Source: a virus. Taken from it: a stretch of DNA of 42,288 nucleotides. Shown in pieces: positions 15,572-22,295 of this stretch (positions within the stretch are counted from its first letter, which is position 1; each line of letters opens with the position of its first letter). The stretch is from IMG/VR virus record IMGVR_UViG_3300027726_000002. The stretch is one strand, 5' to 3'. Under the pieces are notes generated by a model. That model saw only the letters and a program-made list of their open reading frames with translations. It was not told the DNA's origin and ran no database searches. A program made the position numbers and the translations under genes.

Positions 15572-15837
15572 TTGAACACCAGCACGGCCCGATCTTCGAA
15601 ATACGTCTTTCGGCGGCACATTGGGCAACATTCGGCGTGATAATACCGGTCGCCGATCATGTGGACCCGATCCTCGTCTTGCGCCTCTTCTTCGGTCAGG
15701 GGCTTGCCGCATTCGTAGCATTCGTATTCCGGTACGTCTACTGCGTATAAGTCTGTCATCGTCCTGATCTCCTCTTCCAAACACACACAGTCATCATCAT
15801 CATCCGCTTCCAAGACCAGTTCACAAACATGCCACAC
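15568..15837 (-). CDS. Small zinc-ribbon protein
   Basis: CYECGKPL and HAECCPMCRRK are Cys pairs. An alternative start at ATG 15759 (MTDLYAV) has the SD GAGGAG. Confidence 0.5.
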   Translation of the reverse strand: MWHVCELVLEADDDDDCVCLEEEIRTMTDLYAVDVPEYECYECGKPLTEEEAQDEDRVHMIGDRYYHAECCPMCRRKTYFEDRAVLVFK

Positions 15838-16225
15838 TCTCCATCTCCGACGCCATCAGCCATTCGCTTATGTCATACCCCCGCTTGCTGTCCATGTTCC
15901 ATCCGCGTGGCATAGAATCAACCGGGCCGCAGGCATAGTCCCCCGGCTGGGGGTGTCTTTTCGCCTCTCGTCTGTACCTGGCTTCCGCCTTACATCGGTC
16001 GCTGCAATAGACCTGGTTGTGCTGCGTTATAGGATCCCCGCATATCACACACGGGTGAGTCGGGGGCGTGTAGCACTTCCTCGCATGGTACGCTCTGTTG
16101 ACCCGCTGCCGTTGCCGCTCCGCCGAACATTGATCACACCACATCTTCCGGGTGGATATCTCCGCGCCACATCCCTTGCATTTCTTTTCGCCGGGTAGAT
16201 ATTTGGCTCTCGTTTTGCGTTTCAT
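15821..16225 (-). CDS. Double zinc-ribbon, Arg/Lys-rich protein
   Basis: From ATG 16225 (ATGA overlap). Cys pairs: CKGCG...CDQC and CVICG...CSDRC. Confidence 0.55.
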   Translation of the reverse strand: MKRKTRAKYLPGEKKCKGCGAEISTRKMWCDQCSAERQRQRVNRAYHARKCYTPPTHPCVICGDPITQHNQVYCSDRCKAEARYRREAKRHPQPGDYACGPVDSMPRGWNMDSKRGYDISEWLMASEMESVACL

Positions 16226-16365
16226 TTCTCCCATCCCATTTTTCGGATCACGACTCGCATGACTTCTTTCCATTCTTCTTGGGTAAGTGGCTGGCTGCCT
16301 TTGTTCATGTCGTGTATCTTTGTCAGCAGTTCTCGGATGGCTTCTCGGATTAAGTCTGCTCTCAT
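16222..16365 (-). CDS. Hypothetical 47-aa helical protein
   Basis: ATG 16365 is preceded by a strong SD (AAGGAGTAATCTT). Its stop forms an ATGA overlap with the next gene. MRADLIREAIRELLTKIHDM. Confidence 0.55.
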   Translation of the reverse strand: MRADLIREAIRELLTKIHDMNKGSQPLTQEEWKEVMRVVIRKMGWEK

Positions 16366-16369
16366 AAGA

Positions 16370-16522
16370 TTACTCCTTGCCTCGCATTGCCGTGCCTGGC
16401 CATGCCGAGCCCCGCCAAGCAGAGCCTGGCCTGGCCTCGCCCAGCCTGGCCTTGCCACACCCTGCCCCGCCGTGCCGAGCCCAGCCCAGCAGAGTTATTT
16501 CAGGCTTGCGATAATTGCTCAT
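16370..16522 (-). CDS. Candidate 50-aa protein made of A-[R/W]-x-G-x pentapeptide units (reads pentanucleotide array A)
   Basis: MSNYRKPEITLLGWARHGGAGCGKARLGEARPGSAWRGSAWPGTAMRGKE. Its ATG lies 1 nt after the upstream TAA, and its TAA lies inside the SD of the next gene. Coding status is unproven because every frame is open here. Confidence 0.35.
   Translation of the reverse strand: MSNYRKPEITLLGWARHGGAGCGKARLGEARPGSAWRGSAWPGTAMRGKE
16376..16490. repeat. Pentanucleotide array A: 23 phased units CNNGC
   Basis: cttgc ctcgc attgc cgtgc ctggc catgc cgagc cccgc caagc agagc ctggc ctggc ctcgc ccagc ctggc cttgc cacac cctgc cccgc cgtgc cgagc ccagc ccagc. 22/23 units end in GC and 21/23 start with C. 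There is no phase slip. G+C is 86/115. Confidence 0.9.
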
Positions 16523-16523
16523 C

Positions 16524-16664
16524 TTACCCTTGCCAAGCCCCGCCCAGCCAAGCCGTGCCGAGCCTTGCCTTGCCGTGCCCCGCCACGCAACGCCCCGCCG
16601 CGCCTTGCCAAGCCTCGCCATGCCTAGCACCGCCTAGCCGAGCCCAGCCGCGTTCTTCCATCAT
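16524..16664 (-). CDS. Candidate 46-aa protein made of A-[R/W]-x-G-x pentapeptide units (reads pentanucleotide array B)
   Basis: MMEERGWARLGGARHGEAWQGAAGRCVAGHGKARLGTAWLGGAWQG. ATG 16664 forms an ATGA overlap with the stop of the Cas4-like nuclease gene. It reads the shared GGCTGGGCTCGGC in the same frame as the 50-aa candidate (GWAR). Below the ORF-track cutoff. Confidence 0.35.
   Translation of the reverse strand: MMEERGWARLGGARHGEAWQGAAGRCVAGHGKARLGTAWLGGAWQG
16529..16648. repeat. Pentanucleotide array B: 24 phased units CNNGC
   Basis: cttgc caagc cccgc ccagc caagc cgtgc cgagc cttgc cttgc cgtgc cccgc cacgc aacgc cccgc cgcgc cttgc caagc ctcgc catgc ctagc accgc ctagc cgagc ccagc. 24/24 units end in GC and 22/24 start with C. 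G+C is 89/120, with 60 C and 29 G on the plus strand. Confidence 0.9.
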
Positions 16665-17386
16665 CTACCCCTACACTTCTGCCAAAAATCACAGAACGTC
16701 GGGCAGCACTTCCAGCTAACGGGGTTCAACGGAAACACCTCTTTTTCGATCCCGTCCCATACCCTCTTAATCATCTCGTGAATGAACAGGATTTCCCCCG
16801 GTCGATGGGCAAACTCAAATACTTTCAGGGTCGGGGGTTTTTTCGTAATCACATAATGTCTAAACTTCAAATCAGTCACCTTCTCCCCCGCCTGGTTGAG
16901 AGCCGCAAGGTAGAAAAGGGGCTGAATTTCATTCTCCGCCCTGTCGTTCGTCCAGGGCTTCGCCGATGTCTTGAAGTCGCCGGGGATACCATCTTCCGTG
17001 ATGATGTCAATGTACCCGATCACCGGCACAGGCACACCCTTCACCGCCAGTTCCACCTTACGTTCGATGGACTTGGGGCGGATGGTGTTAAGTCCATATA
17101 GTACCTTCGGGTCGGTCAGGATTTGAATACCCTCGTTATAATGCTGCTCTGCGGTATCCAATCCCCAGGCCACTTGCCCCGCGGTCGCCTTCGTCCACTG
17201 CTCCGCCCATGTTTTCAGGATGGGGTCGTGGGTCTTGACGTAATCCTCAATCGTGTTGTGGATCGCGCTCCCGAATACCAGGGCGGGGGTGGTGTAAGTG
17301 GTCTCTTTGGCAATGTACTTCCTGCGCCAGCTTTCCGGGCAGGCGAGGTACATGCTGATGGATGAGTAGGATAGGTGGTCGATCAT
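16661..17386 (-). CDS. Cas4/RecB-like PD-(D/E)XK exonuclease with Fe-S Cys cluster
   Basis: An N-terminal Cys (YLACPESW), the nuclease core IGYIDIITEDGIPGDFKTS (D...D/E-x-K), QPLFYLAAL (QxxxY) and the C-terminal Cys-rich CCPTFCDFWQKC. Confidence 0.8.
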   Translation of the reverse strand: MIDHLSYSSISMYLACPESWRRKYIAKETTYTTPALVFGSAIHNTIEDYVKTHDPILKTWAEQWTKATAGQVAWGLDTAEQHYNEGIQILTDPKVLYGLNTIRPKSIERKVELAVKGVPVPVIGYIDIITEDGIPGDFKTSAKPWTNDRAENEIQPLFYLAALNQAGEKVTDLKFRHYVITKKPPTLKVFEFAHRPGEILFIHEMIKRVWDGIEKEVFPLNPVSWKCCPTFCDFWQKCRGR

Positions 17387-17508
17387 TTCAACCTCATTTG
17401 CTTATCCGCCGCGCTGGATACTCCGCACATGCCAGCGACAAAAATTCCAATCGCCAATCCGCCTATCGCTATACAGGTTGCGGCGCAATAAATAATTAGT
17501 GATGTCAT
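17383..17508 (-). CDS. 41-aa single-TM peptide
   Basis: MTSLIIYCAATCIAIGGLAIGIFVAGMCGVSSAADKQMRLK. SD GGAGAAGAAGAAG. Its TGA overlaps the nuclease ATG (ATGA). Below the ORF-track cutoff. Confidence 0.45.
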   Translation of the reverse strand: MTSLIIYCAATCIAIGGLAIGIFVAGMCGVSSAADKQMRLK

Positions 17509-17541
17509 CTTCTTCTTCTCCAGTTATTAGATAATTTCTAA

Positions 17542-17760
17542 TCACTGCCCAGGCCGTTCGCTTCTAGCCTTGACAGGGCTAATCACAATCGTGGCGGGGG
17601 TCATAAACGTAAACTTATAGCTGGCTTTGTAGGTCAGGTCGCTTATGCGTTGCGCGCTCGCCTTTGTTACCATGCGAGTTGGCGAGTATGGTTCTTCCGC
17701 TCCGTAGTGGTAGAACCATGCCGTATTAGTCAATGCGTCATAATACAATTCTCTGTCCAT
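17542..17760 (-). CDS. Hypothetical 72-aa protein
   Basis: The ATG is preceded by AGAGAGAAAGGATGACAAG. No motif recognised. Confidence 0.5.
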   Translation of the reverse strand: MDRELYYDALTNTAWFYHYGAEEPYSPTRMVTKASAQRISDLTYKASYKFTFMTPATIVISPVKARSERPGQ

Positions 17761-17873
17761 CTTGTCATCCTTTCTCTCTTTCGCCCAGACTACCGTCTAT
17801 TGCGTCGGTGTCCAGTCGGCGCAAGCCCGCATGTCACGGGTAGCCCAGGCAGTTGAGTTATAAGGCAATCGGG

Positions 17874-18797
17874 TTACTCTTCCGCCCCGTAGTCATCTGC
17901 GGCTTTCTGTTCTTCGTATGCCATCCTCCCGGTCAATCTCGCCGCCACCGCTGCAATCTCTTCATCGCTGGTGGGGATATTCCCCCCGTTGGCTTCCAAT
18001 ACCGCCTCCGCGCCGTATTCCTCCAGCAGTTTGTCCAGGATAATTCCCGGAATAGGCTGCGCCGGGGTGAAGTTCACATCCTCACTCGGCTCAGGCAGTG
18101 GCCTCTCGGCCGGCTTTTCACCAGACGCCAGCCATTCTTTCACCTTACCGATAAACTCCGGGCCTGGAAACTCCATCTTCATATCCGATACCGCCGTGCA
18201 GCGGGACTTGCTCACCGTCATAATGTGCGCCCAATCCATATCCGCAACGATGTCAAACTCATACTCAAAGCCGGGGCGCTGAATGGGCGCCATCCCGATT
18301 TTACGGATCACCGTCTTACCATTGCTGTCCACTTCCTGCACATACTCAATCCGGCTGCGCATGGTGGTGATGACATGGCATGGGCTTTGCAGGATCGCGT
18401 CCACCATCCGGTTGTGAATGGGGGTGACATGCCGCCATGCGCTCCAGCTCTCACCCACCCGCTGTTTGATTTCCAGCGCGCCGCCTACCCCTTCCCACGC
18501 GTGGGAGAGTGAGTCGATTATCAGCACTTGATAGCCCATCTTGCCCGCCGCTTCGATTGCCGCCGTGTACTTCTCCGGGCTGAAACTGGTCAACTCGACC
18601 ACATCAAAATCCCAGGGGATACCGTCCGGGCTGTCACCCACATACTTGGACGCGCTCCCCCGCTCCGAGTCGATGAATGCAATCCGACCACCCAGGGCAT
18701 GCGCAAATCTCAATGCGGTGTAGGTCTTCCCGCTTCCCGCCGGGCCATCAATCGTCATTCTCAGTTTGCTTTGACTTCTGGTTGCTTTCCTAAACAT
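17874..18797 (-). CDS. AAA_24 / Sak4-like RecA-fold ATPase (recombination)
   Basis: Walker A MTIDGPAGSGKTYTA, followed by IAFIDSERGSASKY and Walker B-like VLIIDSLSHAW. It lies between an ERCC4 nuclease and a Cas4-like exonuclease. Confidence 0.75.
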   Translation of the reverse strand: MFRKATRSQSKLRMTIDGPAGSGKTYTALRFAHALGGRIAFIDSERGSASKYVGDSPDGIPWDFDVVELTSFSPEKYTAAIEAAGKMGYQVLIIDSLSHAWEGVGGALEIKQRVGESWSAWRHVTPIHNRMVDAILQSPCHVITTMRSRIEYVQEVDSNGKTVIRKIGMAPIQRPGFEYEFDIVADMDWAHIMTVSKSRCTAVSDMKMEFPGPEFIGKVKEWLASGEKPAERPLPEPSEDVNFTPAQPIPGIILDKLLEEYGAEAVLEANGGNIPTSDEEIAAVAARLTGRMAYEEQKAADDYGAEE

Positions 18798-19563
18798 TGC
18801 TGCCCATCCTCTCCAAAACTTTCAACACTTCCTCATCCCTGTTGTTCATCCATATTTCAAGGATTTGCCGATCTTTCAATCCCAACACTGCCCGGATTCG
18901 CTTGCGGGTATTCTCCGGTAGTGGCGCTTCGATCTCCAAATCCACAATGCCAGCCAGCGCATGGGCGGGGATGTTGGCAGACCAGCGCATCAGTTCAATC
19001 ACCCGCTCTGGTCCAATCCCAGGCAAACTCGCCAAAAACGCCGCCCCAGGGCCTAACATCACCGCTGGCCGGGGGGGTAAAATCTTCTGCACACCATCCC
19101 GTTCCCGGCTTCCCAGGCTGATGATGGTCTTCTCAAATTCCGTATCACCACAAAAGACAACAAATACCCCCATCTCCTGGATGCTTAACAATGCGCCCAT
19201 CACCGCCCCATAAGACCAGCCGGTGACGCCCCGCTCGGTCATCACCTTACCATTCGGGCCGGGGGATAACTGCCCGCAAATCAGCAGGTAGGGCCAGGAG
19301 GTTGGCGGGTAGCCTGCCAGTTGTTGGGTGAGCCGCTCATCCGATAGCCGGGTCATCTGTGGGAATAGGCGCTCTTCTTTCAGCGTGTTCAGCAAATCGT
19401 CCGGCGTCTTGCGCTCCACCACCAGGGTATGCCCGTCGCTGGTGATGGCTTTGATGTCGCATTCCTCCAGCATCGTGACCGAGGTTGGCGCGCCGCCAAA
19501 TGTCAGACCTTGCACCCAGTCCGGCTCCCGACTGTCAACGAGTACTGCTTCAATGCGCGCCAT
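18790..19563 (-). CDS. ERCC4 (XPF/Mus81/Hef-type) structure-specific nuclease with C-terminal HhH
   Basis: VLVDSRE, then VVERKTPDDLLNTLKEERLFPQ (the ERKxxxD signature), and a C-terminal LASLPGIGPERVIELM (helix-hairpin-helix). Confidence 0.75.
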   Translation of the reverse strand: MARIEAVLVDSREPDWVQGLTFGGAPTSVTMLEECDIKAITSDGHTLVVERKTPDDLLNTLKEERLFPQMTRLSDERLTQQLAGYPPTSWPYLLICGQLSPGPNGKVMTERGVTGWSYGAVMGALLSIQEMGVFVVFCGDTEFEKTIISLGSRERDGVQKILPPRPAVMLGPGAAFLASLPGIGPERVIELMRWSANIPAHALAGIVDLEIEAPLPENTRKRIRAVLGLKDRQILEIWMNNRDEEVLKVLERMGSNV

Positions 19564-19702
19564 AGTTGAATGCCAGCATGCAAAAGGTAACTACGAATGC
19601 GACAGACCCGCTAAGAAGGGCGAAGCTGGGCAGGATGAAATAAACTACCGCCGCCCAAAATACCCCGGATGCAATCGAGATTTTGGTATATGTCCAGATC
19701 AT
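19550..19702 (-). CDS. 50-aa two-TM peptide
   Basis: MIWTYTKISIASGVFWAAVVYFILPSFALLSGSVAFVVTFCMLAFNYGAH. ATG 19702 forms an ATGA overlap with the upstream stop. Its end overlaps the ERCC4 start by 14 nt. Below the ORF-track cutoff. Confidence 0.45.
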   Translation of the reverse strand: MIWTYTKISIASGVFWAAVVYFILPSFALLSGSVAFVVTFCMLAFNYGAH

Positions 19703-19884
19703 TTCGGCACCTCGCAAAAGATATTCTTGGTGGTCTTCATGTCCAGGACGTAGACAACTTCCGGTGCTTTCTGATACCGTGCAAAGTAGGCGCTGATCGC
19801 GTCTTCAATCGAACCGCCGGGATAGCCTCGCAAGTTCTCATGGGGCGGTAGTTTGTTCGGGTTGTCCAACTTGATAACTTTCAT
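19699..19884 (-). CDS. Hypothetical 61-aa protein
   Basis: ATG 19884 (MKVIKLDNPNK) forms an ATGA overlap with the stop of the pentapeptide-repeat gene. Confidence 0.5.
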   Translation of the reverse strand: MKVIKLDNPNKLPPHENLRGYPGGSIEDAISAYFARYQKAPEVVYVLDMKTTKNIFCEVPK

Positions 19885-20318
19885 TGTTCGTCTTCTCCCA
19901 GCCACTTCACGGCATCTTTGATCCATTTGCCATAGCGTTCGATCTCGGCTTCGGTGTATCCGTTCACCTCGCCAATCTTGATGTAGTGTTTTAGCCAATG
20001 CTTGTAGGTATGGCGTTCGCATCCAATGGAGATGTACCCGCCAGCAGCTATGGCAGTGTGCTTGCCAGCGCCGAATATTGAGAAACTTCCTGTAGCTCCG
20101 CGCAGGTCACTCCAGCGTAGGTCAATCCCGTCAAGTTTCGCATCGCTTAATTCAGCCCCGTATAACACACAGCAGGATAGATTAGCTCTGGTCAAATTAC
20201 TCTTTCTCAAGTCAACACCACTCAGATCAACTGCGTACAGGTCGGCTCCATGCAGATCGGGTATTTCCCCTTCCTCGCGTGCCTTTCTGATAATCTCAAT
20301 AACTTCTTCTCTGTCCAT
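19881..20318 (-). CDS. Pentapeptide-repeat protein (about 10 A(D/N)LXX units) with a 70-aa C-terminal domain
   Basis: GADLY AVDLS GVDLR KSNLT RANLS CCVLY GAELS DAKLD GIDLR WSDLR. The start is taken at ATG 20318 (MDREEV) with SD GGAGAGGA. Confidence 0.8.
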   Translation of the reverse strand: MDREEVIEIIRKAREEGEIPDLHGADLYAVDLSGVDLRKSNLTRANLSCCVLYGAELSDAKLDGIDLRWSDLRGATGSFSIFGAGKHTAIAAGGYISIGCERHTYKHWLKHYIKIGEVNGYTEAEIERYGKWIKDAVKWLGEDEQ

Positions 20319-20378
20319 GTTCGTCCTCTCCCATTGGTGCGGGTGGTCAGGATCATTCCCAACCACCCTACCCCGATA

Positions 20379-21119
20379 CTAGAATGGCGCGACTTGGTTC
20401 AGTTCTTCCATCAGCATTGCCATGATCTCCGGGCTGTCAACCGTGAAATGCCTGTTGATCATGCTCTGCCCGGCAATCGCCTCAGCCACCAGATCATGCG
20501 CCTTCTGGATGTCGCCCCCCGCTTTGCGCACCGCGCCGGCAATCACAGGGCGGGCAAACTTCAACGCCACTTCGATCTCCTTGCCCTTCCCATTGGAGGG
20601 TGGAGGGGTGGCCGGGGTCTCAACTGGGGCCGCTTCCCCGTTCTTCATCCGGTATGCCGCCAAACATCCTGCCCGATCATCAAAGACCTGGATAAAATTG
20701 AAGGTGGTTTTCTTCTTGGTCTCACCATCTTTCTGGTAAGTTCCGTTCTCCACCAGTTCAACGTGGACAAACTTGCCGTCCAGTTCTGACGCTTCCATGA
20801 TCCCCATGTTGCGGATCGACGGCCATACGATGTCTTTCCATTCCCCAAATTCAGCCAACATCGACCGCTTGACATCCCATTCCAGGTTGCACTCGGCCAG
20901 CGGGTTGACGGCCAGATCAATCGCCGTGTATCGCCGGGGCGCTTTCCCGGTCTTAGGGTCCAACGTCTTCGGGTCATAGGGGACTTTCCCCATGCCGGAT
21001 ACCAACGCGCACCACCATGCGTTGATACTGCACTCCCCCCAATATTCTTGGGTGGTGTTGCTGTATGCTTCGGGGTTGCTTGCAACCTGCCAGGGTGAAT
21101 CTGCTACTTGGTACGTCAT
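20379..21119 (-). CDS. Hypothetical protein, 246 aa (possibly OB-fold ssDNA-binding; unproven)
   Basis: Strong SD AAGGAGAATAACAG. It is positioned upstream of the recombination genes. A beta-rich core (KFVHVELVENGTYQKDGETKKKTTFNFIQVF) is followed by a Pro-rich linker and a helical tail. No diagnostic motif. Confidence 0.55.
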   Translation of the reverse strand: MTYQVADSPWQVASNPEAYSNTTQEYWGECSINAWWCALVSGMGKVPYDPKTLDPKTGKAPRRYTAIDLAVNPLAECNLEWDVKRSMLAEFGEWKDIVWPSIRNMGIMEASELDGKFVHVELVENGTYQKDGETKKKTTFNFIQVFDDRAGCLAAYRMKNGEAAPVETPATPPPSNGKGKEIEVALKFARPVIAGAVRKAGGDIQKAHDLVAEAIAGQSMINRHFTVDSPEIMAMLMEELNQVAPF

Positions 21120-21131
21120 CTGTTATTCTCC

Positions 21132-21347
21132 TTATATCGGTCTGGTTTGTGCGCCAACGCTTTCCAGCAGTCGGCTTATGTTTTGAAACTTATCCAGGGC
21201 GATGGCTAACCGCCTTATCTCTTCATCTCTGGTGCAATCCCTTTCGAGCAGCGGGCGGATGGCCTTGTATCCACTCTGTGCCTCTTCCGCCGCCCGATCC
21301 CGCACCTCTGCCGCTATGTTTGGCCAGGGTCGTGGTTTGTGAGACAT
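21132..21347 (-). CDS. Hypothetical 71-aa helical protein
   Basis: This uses an internal ATG 21347 of track ORF 21132..21617 (MSHKPRPWPNIAAEV). Its TAA lies inside the SD of the next gene. The upstream part of the track ORF overlaps a better membrane-protein ORF. Confidence 0.45.
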   Translation of the reverse strand: MSHKPRPWPNIAAEVRDRAAEEAQSGYKAIRPLLERDCTRDEEIRRLAIALDKFQNISRLLESVGAQTRPI

Positions 21348-21619
21348 CGTTGCGCTCTCTCTCTCGCCAGCATATAGCGGGCAATCGATCCAACGATCAT
21401 GGGTGTTCCCGATGCCACAAATCCGGCGTAGACGTACATCACGTTCTTCCACCCGATCAGGAACCCCATCCCCCCAACCGTCACGCTTACCCCAATCACC
21501 ACAAATAGCGCCGTGTATCCCTCGATCCATCCCTTCCGTTCTGCAAAGTGGGTGATCCAGTTGAACACAATCCCGAACAGGAATAACAGCGCCAAAATCA
21601 GGCCAAATGTGGGCCACAT
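21314..21619 (-). CDS. Membrane protein, 3 TM, 101 aa
   Basis: Hydrophobic segments are FGLILALLFLFGIVFNWI, ALFVVIGVSVTVGGMGFLIGW and VYAGFVASGTPMIVGSI. Confidence 0.55.
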   Translation of the reverse strand: MWPTFGLILALLFLFGIVFNWITHFAERKGWIEGYTALFVVIGVSVTVGGMGFLIGWKNVMYVYAGFVASGTPMIVGSIARYMLARERAQRCLTNHDPGQT

Positions 21620-21622
21620 TCT

Positions 21623-21994
21623 CTATTGCCCCCGTTCCGTGTTATCGTACTTGTATGAAACACAACCGGGATCCGCCGCAGCTATCGCCTCCCATGCCAT
21701 GCAGCACAGTTGAGAAAGGTCGCGTACACCACTTTGATATCCCTTCAATGCTCCCTTGATTGCAAAGCTGATTTGTTTCCAGGAATATTCCTCGATGCTG
21801 CTTCCCGGCCAAATCAGTTCAGCCAGTTCGTCCCAGTTGGGCATGATCTTGATGATGGCGTTCTGCATATTACCAGTCGCCAAATCCCAATACTTCGAAT
21901 CGGGGGGGTAGTCATCCGCTTCCATCTGGATCATCGGGCGCCAGGTATAACGTCCGGTTTCGGTTCGTCCGCGCGAGTCAGTGTTGACAATCAT
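21623..21994 (-). CDS. Hypothetical protein, 123 aa
   Basis: SD GGGGGAAGACA. It is the second gene of the early operon. No motif recognised. Confidence 0.55.
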   Translation of the reverse strand: MIVNTDSRGRTETGRYTWRPMIQMEADDYPPDSKYWDLATGNMQNAIIKIMPNWDELAELIWPGSSIEEYSWKQISFAIKGALKGYQSGVRDLSQLCCMAWEAIAAADPGCVSYKYDNTERGQ

Positions 21995-22081
21995 TGTCTT
22001 CCCCCTATAGAAAACTGTGATATAATCATCTCGTTCGTCCTTCCTAATCCTTCCCGCTCCCCTTGCAAAGGCCGGGAGGGA

Positions 22082-22252
22082 TTATTTGTTAAGTTCTTTC
22101 TCTGCTACTTGCCGAATGTTCCGCCGCATTTGCTCCATTTGCACAAGCCAGCGAAGTTGGTCAATCAAACTGCGCTGATCCTGCTTGGCAATTTCTTCCA
22201 ATCCTGCTTTAGTGTCTGTGTCAATGTAGATCGTTGTCCGATTATTATTCAT
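22082..22252 (-). CDS. Ribbon-helix-helix (CopG/Arc-like) regulator, 56 aa; Cro analogue by position
   Basis: MNNNRTTIYIDTDTKAGLEEIAKQDQRSLIDQLRWLVQMEQ has the beta-strand, helix, helix pattern of RHH proteins. SD GGAGGTGAC. It is divergent from the CI-like gene. Below the ORF-track cutoff. Confidence 0.65.
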   Translation of the reverse strand: MNNNRTTIYIDTDTKAGLEEIAKQDQRSLIDQLRWLVQMEQMRRNIRQVAEKELNK

Positions 22253-22295
22253 GTCACCTCCGCTTACAAGTTGTGTAACTCGTTATCTACAAGTA

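Noticed and set aside
16376-16648. CRISPR array or contingency-locus (slipped-strand) repeat.
   Set aside because: The units are 5 nt and contiguous, with no 25-40-bp repeat/spacer structure and no cas genes. The units are also degenerate rather than identical, so simple slippage-driven phase variation (as with CTCTT in the Neisseria opa genes) is unlikely.
16259-16719. Long ORFs over the pentanucleotide arrays: two plus-strand ORFs (16259..16627, 16387..16719) and an 86-aa minus-strand ORF (16370..16630).
   Set aside because: The CNNGC periodicity nearly excludes stop codons in every frame, so ORF length carries no information here. The plus-strand ORFs run antisense to a tightly coupled minus-strand operon and have no SD. 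A single 83-86-aa reading cannot be excluded. I preferred two short ORFs because they share the reading frame over homologous nucleotides and fit the ATGA/SD coupling grammar.
21132-21617. Full-length 161-aa track ORF.
   Set aside because: Its upstream two-thirds overlaps the 3-TM membrane protein ORF 21314..21619 in another frame and is Arg/Gly/Asp/Cys-rich. Only the part from ATG 21347 looks like a real helical protein with a coupled stop.
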